From a virus: a stretch of 64,000 nucleotides of DNA. The position numbers and the translations under genes were made by a program. The stretch is taken from positions 1-64,000 of the IMG/VR virus record IMGVR_UViG_3300032298_001038; one strand, 5' to 3'. Below, one piece after another: positions 27,754 through 36,729 of the stretch (the stretch's first letter is position 1; each line of letters opens with the position of its first letter). The notes beneath the pieces are model-generated. The model made no database searches. It worked only from the letters and a program-made list of their open reading frames with translations, and was not told the origin of the DNA.

Positions 27754-27866
27754 CCTTGCACCTTATGTCGCCTATATCGAACGTCAGCCTCCGTAACGTC
27801 TTGTATATCTGACATTACGCGTTTCGGCAACGGTAATCTAGTTCGGGATTATTGCGCCACAGGCAA

Positions 27867-28148
27867 TTATCGCGAAATAGTCTGCCCGAGCGTGGGATCG
27901 CAGTCGGGGCACTTGGTCCAGCCATGATCATCGCCCGTCCTGACTCGCCCAGTGCCCTTGCAGGTCGTGCAGTCCTTTGTGGGGACTTTGGGCTTTACGG
28001 GCGCTGCTTCAGGAATAAGAGCAGAATAAGCAGCCTCTGAAGCGACCAGAGCGATATAGTCTTTTTGAGGCGCGGCGTTGTCATGATACAGCCCCGGCGA
28101 AAAAAGACCGAGCACGAACGCGATAAGCGCCGTTAACCAGTTAGGCAT
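27867..28148 (-). CDS. Membrane-anchored protein with DnaJ-like CxxCxGxG zinc finger
   Basis: N-terminal hydrophobic segment; CTTCKGTG...CPDC. Confidence 0.6.
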   Translation of the reverse strand: MPNWLTALIAFVLGLFSPGLYHDNAAPQKDYIALVASEAAYSALIPEAAPVKPKVPTKDCTTCKGTGRVRTGDDHGWTKCPDCDPTLGQTISR

Positions 28149-28237
28149 GCTTGTACCCTTTAATATTTTGAAGGTTTGAGCGGTTGAACACAAATTTCTT
28201 ATGTCGTTCCGCGTAACATATCAAAACCGATATGTCG

Positions 28238-29263
28238 CTAAATGTTACCTAATGCACCATATGACTTGAGTTTCTTGGGCGGCCAGCCGTTGACGCCCGA
28301 GAAAGCGATCATGGAGCGGTTCTTGATATCGGACCAACGTGCCCAGAACGAGCCGATTGGGATATCGATGTTCGTGCCCAGAATGCGGCGAGGTCCGTCA
28401 TTCCACGCGCCCCACGAATTTTGGACCAACACCAGCGGTTCTTTATACAGCGTCTTAATTACGTCGCGATCGTCCACGGCCAGATAGGCGAGGGCGTGCG
28501 CCCAAGACCCACGTCTGGCTGACACGCCATGCTCATCCCTATCACTTGAAAATCCTTCCGAGCCGCATGAACTAATGCAATAACCGTTGGCAATCAGGTC
28601 GCGAAGTTGTTCGTAATCTTCGACGTCGGTCGCAGTGCGTACCAAGTGGTCTTTGCCGATCTCCAGCCACGACTCAGGCGGCGTTTTGGAACCATAGATG
28701 CCGGCGTTGCGGGCGGAATATTGCGTGAAATCGACGTTGATTTCGTCGTACTTCTTGCGGAGCCACAGACCAGACTCGCGCAAGGCTACACGCGCGGCGG
28801 AATCGCAACTCCATCCGTCCCCGCCGTGCCGGCGCCAATTGTAAAACGCTTCAGTAGCGATGACGCCGTTTAAACGCGCTGTGTCGCTCACTTCCGGCGC
28901 GCCTTCAAGCCGCCCGGAAACTTCGTCGGGCTTGCCGCTTGTAATTTCGCAGCACATGGTGCCAAGGCACGCGTTTCGTGTACTCCAACTGACACAGTCG
29001 CCGCGGCCCTGCGCTCCGCCCGGGAGACAGTCAGGATACAGCGCCAGAATTTCCATGAACGCGAGGCTTAACTTATTTTTGCCAGTCTCTTCAAGGCCGT
29101 ACGACTGGCACGCCATCGCGCCATTCGGGATACCGCCCGCGGCCGCAACTTCTTCCCACAGTTTCGCACGCTCTTCGGGATCGGAGTACGCGCCGACGAA
29201 ACCCTTCTCGTAAGCGTCAACTACGTCGTATACGTTGTCAAAAAATTGTTCGGTGTCGGCCAT
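28238..29263 (-). CDS. Papain-like (C1-type) cysteine peptidase
   Basis: QGRGDCVSW (oxyanion Gln and catalytic Cys), WAHAL (His), LVQNSWG (Asn). Confidence 0.85.
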   Translation of the reverse strand: MADTEQFFDNVYDVVDAYEKGFVGAYSDPEERAKLWEEVAAAGGIPNGAMACQSYGLEETGKNKLSLAFMEILALYPDCLPGGAQGRGDCVSWSTRNACLGTMCCEITSGKPDEVSGRLEGAPEVSDTARLNGVIATEAFYNWRRHGGDGWSCDSAARVALRESGLWLRKKYDEINVDFTQYSARNAGIYGSKTPPESWLEIGKDHLVRTATDVEDYEQLRDLIANGYCISSCGSEGFSSDRDEHGVSARRGSWAHALAYLAVDDRDVIKTLYKEPLVLVQNSWGAWNDGPRRILGTNIDIPIGSFWARWSDIKNRSMIAFSGVNGWPPKKLKSYGALGNI

Positions 29264-29334
29264 GGCTTTGTAGGTGTTAGGGTTAGGCCCCGCCGCCCGT
29301 CAGGACGGCGGGGCACCAACCGGTGTGTTAAACG

Positions 29335-29826
29335 TTACGCGTTAGTAACGTCTTCGTCAGTTCCGCCCTCCGGAGCCTCGTCCGAGACGGTGGTTTCGCT
29401 GACCAGCGACACGCCCAGCGCACCCGGAGCAGCGGGCGGCAGGGTATCGACGGCCACAAACATCATCTCAGCGGGTTCAGATCGGTTGCCGGCGTCGTCT
29501 ACGTCGACGAGCCGTAAAACAACCTCAGCATTCTGCGGCGCCTCTAGGACGCCGAGATCAACTGCGTAACCCGGGAACGAAGCAACAGGTTGCTCCACCC
29601 CGTTGATAACCACGCTGAGTTCGCGTGATACAACGTCGCCATCGACGACGGGAGCAGCGGAAACAGCGTAAGTTAAAACGTCAGTCATAGATTCTCTCCT
29701 TTGCTCATAAACAGACAAACGCGGCGTTTTTGGGCGCCGCGTCAACACGTCTCTTATGATAACAAAAAAAAGAAACAGGAGCCACGCGCCGACGATGACA
29801 GCAGTAATCGTGCACGATGCGGGCAT
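29335..29826 (-). CDS. Ig/FN3-like domain protein with optional N-terminal TM (second start at 29688)
   Basis: DVDDAGNRSEP FN3-like motif; SD GGAG at 29826 and AAAGGAG at 29688. Confidence 0.6.
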   Translation of the reverse strand: MPASCTITAVIVGAWLLFLFFVIIRDVLTRRPKTPRLSVYEQRRESMTDVLTYAVSAAPVVDGDVVSRELSVVINGVEQPVASFPGYAVDLGVLEAPQNAEVVLRLVDVDDAGNRSEPAEMMFVAVDTLPPAAPGALGVSLVSETTVSDEAPEGGTDEDVTNA

Positions 29827-29849
29827 GACGCGACTCCGTGATAGCGGTA

Positions 29850-30284
29850 TTACTTACGCGCCGAGGCTGCAACAACTTCGCAGGCTTTGACGAGACGCTG
29901 CTGTGTTTCAGGATTATTCGGCAGCACGTCATCGGTGCCGACCGTCTTCTTGAACACGTCTTCAATCGCGACGTCGAGGCCTTCGTACTTGCCGGGAGTT
30001 TCCATAGCGAGTTGCAGCGTGTTGGCCTGATAGTCAGACCAACGCTCTGTCGTCTTGATTCGGACGCCGTTATCGCGGCGCAGCACGGTCGCCATCGCGT
30101 CGTATACACCAGCAATGTGCGCTTTGTCTTCCGGCGTGGCTTCGGCCAAGATTTTAACGATGGTGGCGTCTGTCTCGACATCGACGGGTGCGGGAACCGG
30201 CTTCGGAGTCGGCAGGCTGATGCCGTTCGGAAAAAACAGCGCCACCAACAGCACGAGGCCAGCAACCCAAACTAATTTCTTCAT
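29850..30284 (-). CDS. Signal-anchor/secreted protein
   Basis: MKKLVWVAGLVLLVALFF leader, Pro-rich linker. Confidence 0.65.
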   Translation of the reverse strand: MKKLVWVAGLVLLVALFFPNGISLPTPKPVPAPVDVETDATIVKILAEATPEDKAHIAGVYDAMATVLRRDNGVRIKTTERWSDYQANTLQLAMETPGKYEGLDVAIEDVFKKTVGTDDVLPNNPETQQRLVKACEVVAASARK

Positions 30285-30308
30285 GGGAAATACTCCAAAT
30301 CTGGTTTA

Positions 30309-30593
30309 TCAGACGTTCTTGGCCGGCGGGGTGTGCTCAACAATGACACGCAGAAGACTGGTGCACGCTTCGACGCCCTGCTGGCAACCTTCGGACGCCA
30401 ACTTATCGCGCAGTTCGGTGACCGAGATCAGGTCGTCAACGATTGTTACGGCAATCGACTTAGGCGCCGCGGCGGGGGTTTCAACGCCGCCACGCTTCAG
30501 CAAACTCTTCAATAACGCCAACAGTTCCTTGCGGTAAGCCACGGCGACAACACCGACGAATACACCAAGCGCAAGCATTTGAAACTGAGTCAT
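30309..30593 (-). CDS. Single-TM protein
   Basis: LALGVFVGVVAVAY; SD AAGGAG. Confidence 0.65.
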   Translation of the reverse strand: MTQFQMLALGVFVGVVAVAYRKELLALLKSLLKRGGVETPAAAPKSIAVTIVDDLISVTELRDKLASEGCQQGVEACTSLLRVIVEHTPPAKNV

Positions 30594-30625
30594 GGTTTTC
30601 TCCTTAAAGATATCCAGTGATTTTA

Positions 30626-31453
30626 TCAAGTTTTGGGTACCAGCACATAAGGCCGCCCGTTAATGACAATGGTGCCGCCAACTTTTAGGGCGGCATCTTT
30701 TGTAATCGGGTACTTCTTCGTGCGCTTACCGTATAACTTTACGATTTCTTCAATATCGCCCTTTTGTGGCGACGTGACGTTGGGGTCATAGTAGGGCGCC
30801 ATCAGGTTGCCGTTGTTTAAATGCGGCAAGCCGAGCGCGTGGCCAAGTTCGTGGCAAATGACGGCGACAGCCATGTTAAACGACCACGGCTCCGCTTCGT
30901 CGTACATTTGCTCTAGTTGCACGTTGTGCGCCACGCCACACGGCAACTCGCTCCACGCTAATGTCCCGCCGCGGTTGTCGAGGTTGTATTTCTTGCCGCT
31001 GCCAGACTTGGCGTAAATATTGGCGCGCTCGTAGCCGTCCACGCGTGTCGGCTCGATGTTGCATACTTCAGCCCACTGACTGAACGCGACGTCATACGCG
31101 TCACGCACCTGCTCTTCCGTGATGCCGGGCATCTTGACGTCGTGATAGTACGTGATCTTCGGCATCGGCCACTTGCACGGCTCGCCGTTCGGGTCGGTGA
31201 TGCCGAAGTCCGGCAGGCCACAGCGGCGGCGGTTCAACCGGTGCGCGGTGACGTCGTCAATGCAGCCGCACTCGTCGATGCCGTTGAACTTTTGATAGGC
31301 GCAGATTGCCTTCTCTAGTTCCTTGCCGCGGATCGTTTTGACTTTAGACCACGATTTCCCCTCGAAATAACCGAGGTTGAAAAGATACTTAAGCGCTTCC
31401 TGCGGCGGAATTACATTGTTATCCGCCGTAGGCTTCTTTGGCTTCCGTGCCAT
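30626..31453 (-). CDS. Matrixin (M10/MMP-like) zinc metalloprotease with PG-binding-like prodomain
   Basis: HELGHALGLPH, Met-turn LMAPYY, cysteine switch RRCGLPD. Confidence 0.88.
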   Translation of the reverse strand: MARKPKKPTADNNVIPPQEALKYLFNLGYFEGKSWSKVKTIRGKELEKAICAYQKFNGIDECGCIDDVTAHRLNRRRCGLPDFGITDPNGEPCKWPMPKITYYHDVKMPGITEEQVRDAYDVAFSQWAEVCNIEPTRVDGYERANIYAKSGSGKKYNLDNRGGTLAWSELPCGVAHNVQLEQMYDEAEPWSFNMAVAVICHELGHALGLPHLNNGNLMAPYYDPNVTSPQKGDIEEIVKLYGKRTKKYPITKDAALKVGGTIVINGRPYVLVPKT

Positions 31454-31456
31454 ACA

Positions 31457-31870
31457 TCACCCGTTTTCTTGCTCGCGGGCGAGTCGGAGCAATTCTTGAA
31501 TTGTCTCCGCGTCTGCCCGTTCGCTCACCTCGTACAATGCCGTTACTAATGGATTCACCGCGGTTGGGCTGGCCTGATCGCCGCCGCACCGCTCACGCCA
31601 TAACTTATTCAGCCGACGACGAAGCCGCATAAGTTGCCGCGGGGGCAGCGTGCGGATATCGCGGATGTCCTGCGCAATCTGCTCGTCATCTCGCTTGTTG
31701 CGGCAGTGAATGATTACTTGCACGATGATCGAAATGATCATGATGATCGTAATCGGGTCAAACTGCACATTTTGCTCAGAATGAAACGCCAATTCCTTGG
31801 CGATATCATCGTGCAACGCTGACAAGTTTGGCGACGACTTGATCCGATCAGCCAGAGCGCCTTCGGTCAT
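31457..31870 (-). CDS. Membrane protein
   Basis: ITIIMIISIIVQVII hydrophobic helix. Confidence 0.65.
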   Translation of the reverse strand: MTEGALADRIKSSPNLSALHDDIAKELAFHSEQNVQFDPITIIMIISIIVQVIIHCRNKRDDEQIAQDIRDIRTLPPRQLMRLRRRLNKLWRERCGGDQASPTAVNPLVTALYEVSERADAETIQELLRLAREQENG

Positions 31871-31873
31871 GGG

Positions 31874-32248
31874 TCACCTCGCCTGTAAGGCCTGAATGCG
31901 GGCAAACGTCACGTCTTCAGCCATACGCAACTTGGCCGCAACAATCTGCTTGCGCACTTCTTGCCGGCCGGTCAAAAACTTCCAGACCAGCAAGCCGTTC
32001 ACGAGAATAACCTGCGACGCGCCGAGCAGGGCAGTGACGGCCTTCGTTACGTTTTCAACTTGCGAGTGGTCCAGCCAGCCAACCAGCGCCAGCACGGCAA
32101 TCAGGTTACTCGCGGCTGTAATAGCCATGGTCCAGAACTCGGGCGTCAGCCACTTATCAAGACCTTCCAACGCCGTGCCCTCGACCGCTTCGCCAAACGT
32201 GCGCAACTCTTCGCGCACCGTGTTTACACTCTTTTTCGGTGTCGACAT
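31874..32248 (-). CDS. Holin-like two-TM protein
   Basis: TPEFW followed by two TM helices and a basic C-tail; heads the protease cassette. Confidence 0.5.
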   Translation of the reverse strand: MSTPKKSVNTVREELRTFGEAVEGTALEGLDKWLTPEFWTMAITAASNLIAVLALVGWLDHSQVENVTKAVTALLGASQVILVNGLLVWKFLTGRQEVRKQIVAAKLRMAEDVTFARIQALQAR

Positions 32249-32258
32249 AAAGCCTCCT

Positions 32259-33587
32259 TTAACGATTACCAAACATTGAAGGTACGATAGCATGCATCAT
32301 TCCGCCCCACAACCCCATGTCTTGTAACTTTTCCTGTCCGGCAGGTGTTAAACCGGCTAGCGCAGATAAAGCCCGGCCAGCCATGTTTGCCGTGGCTAAA
32401 CCGACACCGGCAGATGCGATACCGCGGATTACGTCTACAGGGCGAATAATCGGGGAGTTATGCGCAGTGCTGATGCCGGTCATTAAACCTGTCGTGGCAG
32501 CAGCAAACTGGGGCGGCGTGTAGTTCTGAAAGTTATTGGTATACATGCCGCGCTGTACGTCGCCCCACGCAGCCTGATTAAACTGCGGCACGTTTACGAC
32601 AGGCGCAAACAGGCTGGGCTGCCGTAACTGCGACGGAAACTGCTGGAAACTTTGTTTTACTTGTTCGGCGCTGCTTTTCTTAACCGCCGCCGGAAGAGGG
32701 TCATAGCCCGGGATACCTACGGCGGGATCGGCTTCGCCCATACCGACCCAGTGCTGACGAACCCGGTCAACGTGCTCGCGCTGCGCCGGTAACAACTCTT
32801 GCGGCCGATTAAAATTTGCGACTTGAATACCGCCAAGGAGCGTTTGATCGTCTGTCATCACGCCGTTGGTAAATGCTTTGCGGTCGCCTTTTGACAGGTT
32901 ATCGACATCAAACATCGGCGCGTTGGGTCTGTTCGCTGGCGCGGTGAACATGCCGTTAAGCGGCTGGCCTTTCGCAGCAAGACGCGCGGCGGGCGTGTAT
33001 TTCGAGACGTCGGCGTCGTTGCGGGTGATAAGCCCCGACCAGAAACCCTTGCCAGTGCGCCGGCCGTTGGCGTAAGCGTTCATAGCGCCTAAACCAGCGC
33101 CGGCACCAAGGCCGAGCAGGCCGAGATTCTTGCGCAACTTGCCGCGAGAGACGTACCGCTCTGGAAACAGGTTTTCAGCCAGCGTGCCCGCACCGTAGCC
33201 GAGGCCGCCGAGCATCAGGCCGGACACAATCGCGTTCGAGAGCGGTGTTGGGCCGAGCAGGGCTTTGTTCGAAAAGTCCCACACATGGCTAAGGCCCGGA
33301 ATCGCGGCTTTCTTGATGATGATTTCTTTTTCAAGATCGGGCTTCTCGTTGATGTCGCGCAACCGAAAGCACTGCCCGTTATCGAGGTGGCCTAATTTGA
33401 CGGTGCGCGTGACGTTCGGGCGATAGCAGACCAGAACGTCTTCGTCGACTAGCCATGTAGCCGTGCTGCCGGCTAAATCACCGGTCATAGCCGCGATCTT
33501 GGTGTAGGCGTGAGCAATCTCCATCGCGCGCGGTAAAAGTTCTGCTACGCGCGCAGGAACGGCTTGCCATACAGAGATGTCGATCAT
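32259..33587 (-). CDS. Gly-zipper virion protein with K-x-A/S sites
   Basis: IIKKAA separates a Cys-containing N-segment from Cys-free Gly-zipper modules. Confidence 0.65.
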   Translation of the reverse strand: MIDISVWQAVPARVAELLPRAMEIAHAYTKIAAMTGDLAGSTATWLVDEDVLVCYRPNVTRTVKLGHLDNGQCFRLRDINEKPDLEKEIIIKKAAIPGLSHVWDFSNKALLGPTPLSNAIVSGLMLGGLGYGAGTLAENLFPERYVSRGKLRKNLGLLGLGAGAGLGAMNAYANGRRTGKGFWSGLITRNDADVSKYTPAARLAAKGQPLNGMFTAPANRPNAPMFDVDNLSKGDRKAFTNGVMTDDQTLLGGIQVANFNRPQELLPAQREHVDRVRQHWVGMGEADPAVGIPGYDPLPAAVKKSSAEQVKQSFQQFPSQLRQPSLFAPVVNVPQFNQAAWGDVQRGMYTNNFQNYTPPQFAAATTGLMTGISTAHNSPIIRPVDVIRGIASAGVGLATANMAGRALSALAGLTPAGQEKLQDMGLWGGMMHAIVPSMFGNR

Positions 33588-33602
33588 TATCCCGTATCCT
33601 CG

Positions 33603-33872
33603 CTATTTCGACCGGAAGCCGAATATGCCTTTAATAAACCGCACAGTGCCGCGCAGCAAAAGATACAGCCACGCGATAAAGCCGCTGATAGCAAAAAAAA
33701 CAATTGCCGGGACGCTCACGAATACCGGCCAGAGTTCCTTTAAGTTTACCTGACGCAGCGTTAACCACACACGCATCCACGGCGTACGATTCGGACTATC
33801 ATCGGGAATTGGCGGGATTACAGGCTGCGGGTCGGTCTTTTTGGGTTTTAACCAGCCGTCAATCCAACTCAT
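33603..33872 (-). CDS. Small membrane protein
   Basis: C-terminal TM helix. Confidence 0.6.
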   Translation of the reverse strand: MSWIDGWLKPKKTDPQPVIPPIPDDSPNRTPWMRVWLTLRQVNLKELWPVFVSVPAIVFFAISGFIAWLYLLLRGTVRFIKGIFGFRSK

Positions 33873-35836
33873 TTCGGCCTCCCAAACACTGTGTTCATGA
33901 AACTATCGCCGTAGCGTCCAATGACTTGGTCGACCATCGGCTCTTCTTCCATTTCATTGTTCATGGCTTTCATGGCCAGTTGATACCGGTAGTTGGGATC
34001 AAGTGTCGCCATGTAGCGCTGCTGGTTGATTTTGGCGTTGCGCATGAAGTCGCCGCGCTGTTTCACCTGCATTAACTGCTCTTGGATGTTTTCGGCCACT
34101 GTTTTGTCGTAGTTGTATGTCAGCGGCCGGTTTAACCCGTAAGAGTTGTATAGCGCGGTGGCATATGCGCTCCGGGGCTGACGATATGCGGCTTTGACAG
34201 ACTCAGGGATCGCGGTTGGCTCGACGTGGAACCGGAACTTCGTCGGCTTGTGCGTAATTCCCTTGTGGTACGGCTTCGGGTCGTCTACGTGCCAGTCTTT
34301 AGGCGCTTTAGCCATGAGCCGCCGCAAGATTTCAGTTTTGTGCGCGTACCTTTTGTTATCTGAATGGTCTTTAGCCGCGCGGAGTTCGTCGAGAATGCGC
34401 GCTTGGGATTCCGCCTGCTTCTTTTGCTCTTCTTGCTCGTCTGGCTGCTGGGGGTTCGGTAACTGCTGCCCTGACGGCGGAAGTGCGGGCGGAGGAACAA
34501 CACCGAAAGCCACGTCGTTTGTTACCGGCGGAGGCATTTCGGGCGGCGCAGTCAGGTCTTCGGCTAGTTCTGGCGGCTTTGGCGGTTTGGGAACTGGCGG
34601 AAGTGCAGGATTGTTGGCTGCTTTTTCAATCGCTTCTACTTTTTTGTAGTAGGACGCGTCTTCTTGCAGATGATCTTTGGCAATTTCTTTGGCGACTTGA
34701 CCATTGTTTGTGTGTTCGTGCTCATGCTGCGCTCCTGCGGCTAATGCTTTCTGAGAAATTTCCCGATCGGGAACATTGTCGGCTTTTCCACCCGGTAACA
34801 GGTCTTTTTGTCCCGAGCGGGAAAGTTTTGTTCCCGTACGGGCAAATTTTGCGGCTTTCTTTAACGCCGGCGCCAATAATGCTTTAATGTCTGGCCCCAT
34901 ATAGTCGGCGCCTTCGGGCAGTCCATGCGAAAGCGTGACCACAGCGTCAGAACCAACACTAGCGTTAAAGTTTCCGGGTTTGAGTTTGTGCTTGGGCAGT
35001 TCCAGATAATGCTCGTGCTGCCATCCTTCGCGCGGATCGTTACCTAAAGCGCGGAAAGCGGTTGGTTTGATTTTCACGCCGAGTTCTTCGAATAACTCAC
35101 GCGCAGCAGCCTGTTCTGGTGTTTCGCCCGTTTCGATACCGCCACCGATAAATCGCCGTTTGCCGATGTTTTCCGGCCACTTCGAGTTATTGAGCGTTTC
35201 CATCAAATACTGGTCTTTGTACGGCACGACGACGCGCACACGGGGCTGCGGGCTTTTAGCGGCGGCGGCTTTGCGCACACTATTGGCCTGCAACACGCTT
35301 TTCCGGCGCACGGCAACAGTAATGTGGAACGGGTGGCCATTTACGAACGGCTGCAACCCGTAACTCTTGCGAATAGCCGACAACATGGGCGACGAGACTT
35401 GCAGCGCCCATAACTTGCTGACGCCGTCGACATTCCGGGGGGTGATCTCTTTCAGGTGGCCGAGGGAGTAGCCAACCATGTGCCCGCGTTCGTTGATATT
35501 CTCCGGGCCGATCTTTTTGACTTCATCGGCAGTCATGACGGAGATATGCGCGTTCAAGACGTCGCTGGCTACGTTGGGCACGTTCATGGTGCCTGCCAGC
35601 GGAAGTTCGGCCCCGGGGGCAGTCATCGCGTCGTAGATGCCCCGGACAAGCGCGTTCGGGACGGAGAGAAGAAGCCAGCCGCTTTTGGCGACATACAGCC
35701 GGCCGGCGAGGGCGTGGCTGGTGGCGGCTTGTTTTTCATTACGCGCAAGCCAGCCGACAGCGTTGCCGATGCTGTATTCGCGTTGGGAGTTCAGCGGCTC
35801 GCGCCATGAACCGTCAAGAATAGAAAAGCCGTCCAT
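33869..35836 (-). CDS. Polyprotein: 2H phosphoesterase + Nudix hydrolase + DUF5661-like + two unknown modules
   Basis: HISV/HITV 2H motifs; complete Nudix box GGIETGETPEQAAARELFEELGV; EHEHT...IAKDHLQE...YYKK; K-x-A at each junction; no Cys. Confidence 0.85.
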   Translation of the reverse strand: MDGFSILDGSWREPLNSQREYSIGNAVGWLARNEKQAATSHALAGRLYVAKSGWLLLSVPNALVRGIYDAMTAPGAELPLAGTMNVPNVASDVLNAHISVMTADEVKKIGPENINERGHMVGYSLGHLKEITPRNVDGVSKLWALQVSSPMLSAIRKSYGLQPFVNGHPFHITVAVRRKSVLQANSVRKAAAAKSPQPRVRVVVPYKDQYLMETLNNSKWPENIGKRRFIGGGIETGETPEQAAARELFEELGVKIKPTAFRALGNDPREGWQHEHYLELPKHKLKPGNFNASVGSDAVVTLSHGLPEGADYMGPDIKALLAPALKKAAKFARTGTKLSRSGQKDLLPGGKADNVPDREISQKALAAGAQHEHEHTNNGQVAKEIAKDHLQEDASYYKKVEAIEKAANNPALPPVPKPPKPPELAEDLTAPPEMPPPVTNDVAFGVVPPPALPPSGQQLPNPQQPDEQEEQKKQAESQARILDELRAAKDHSDNKRYAHKTEILRRLMAKAPKDWHVDDPKPYHKGITHKPTKFRFHVEPTAIPESVKAAYRQPRSAYATALYNSYGLNRPLTYNYDKTVAENIQEQLMQVKQRGDFMRNAKINQQRYMATLDPNYRYQLAMKAMNNEMEEEPMVDQVIGRYGDSFMNTVFGRPK

Positions 35837-35852
35837 GGCAAACCCGTAACGA

Positions 35853-36053
35853 TTACTGACGGGTCATGACGGCTGTGGCGGCAGTTTTTTCAATACTCTG
35901 CCGGGTGTGTTCTGCGCCGTGAACATGGGCTGACAAAAACATCACCCAGCCGCATAGAAAAGTCATCACCCACGCCATGAGGCTCATCTGATTACGAATG
36001 TGTTGGTCGATCATCGTTGTTGGCATTGTCGTGAGGGCAGTGGAGTTCATCAC
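35853..36053 (-). CDS. Small membrane protein
   Basis: One TM helix; overlaps the upstream gene, so the start is uncertain. Confidence 0.45.
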   Translation of the reverse strand: MMNSTALTTMPTTMIDQHIRNQMSLMAWVMTFLCGWVMFLSAHVHGAEHTRQSIEKTAATAVMTRQ

Positions 36054-36372
36054 GGTCCCTTTCGTGATTGATGATGACTTTAATACCAGCGCCGGCCAGA
36101 AGCGAGATCAAAACGTCTGTGATCGTTGACCCGCCCATGCCTGCCAGCACGCAAATTCCTATTAATCCGTGAACGTTGGCGGCTTCTCGGTAGTTTTGAT
36201 ACCAAATCAGCGAAATGGCGAGGCCCAGAAAGCCCGAATTAAGCATAGCGCTGACAATGGCTAGTTTAGAAAGTTTGCGGCTAAAACGCAAAAGCGTCGC
36301 CAAGCCGGCAAACGCTGATACGCCAAAAGCCGCGGCAAATACGGATAAAGACACAATAGTCTCGTCGAACAT
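35992..36372 (-). CDS. Holin-like (LydA-type) multi-TM protein
   Basis: Three hydrophobic helices with small-residue patterns (SGFLG, AGMGG). Confidence 0.5.
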   Translation of the reverse strand: MFDETIVSLSVFAAAFGVSAFAGLATLLRFSRKLSKLAIVSAMLNSGFLGLAISLIWYQNYREAANVHGLIGICVLAGMGGSTITDVLISLLAGAGIKVIINHERDRDELHCPHDNANNDDRPTHS

Positions 36373-36413
36373 GTTTTTAACTAATGTGCGTAGGCCGACT
36401 TACGTGTGAAATA

Positions 36414-36647
36414 TGGTGTGTACCGCAAGCCCCCGCGATCCCCTTTCCGCGGGTCCGACCCTGACCGAAATCAGGGCTTCACGGCAACTTTCGAGGGCAA
36501 GAAATTTCGCCCTGTGTGGTATTTGCCGCGCCTCCGATCGTGTTCACGACTAAACCTGACCACGAAACCATGTTGCGCTCGCTGCATCCCTGCATTGGCC
36601 GCAACCCTAACCGACCGACCACCACGGCCAACTTACGGTACACACCA
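36414..36647 (-). ncRNA. Unknown ~234-nt multibranch structured RNA
   Basis: 16-bp closing stem plus at least 5 internal helices; three G-U pairs only on the minus strand. Confidence 0.7.
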
Positions 36648-36655
36648 ATTTTACA

Positions 36656-36692
36656 AAATCGCAGTGCGGCGACGGAAATGCCGCTGCGATTT
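36656..36692 (-). terminator. Terminator-like hairpin
   Basis: AAATCGCAG/CTGCGATTT stem running into TTTTG. Confidence 0.55.
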
Positions 36693-36729
36693 CCGCCATA
36701 ATTTGCCAAAGAACAAAAAACTGCGGCTA

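Noticed and set aside
27753-27867. tRNA in the intergenic gap (GTTCGA present)
   Set aside because: No T-stem closure or cloverleaf; only a 9-bp hairpin.
36414-36647. tmRNA, RNase P RNA, SRP RNA or hammerhead identity; overlapping ORFs 36406-36762, 36479-36760, 36516-36701
   Set aside because: Signature motifs (T-arm, GAGGAAAGUCC, SRP GGAA/AGCAG loop, CUGAUGA...GAAA core) are absent; the ORFs lack SD sites and recognisable motifs.
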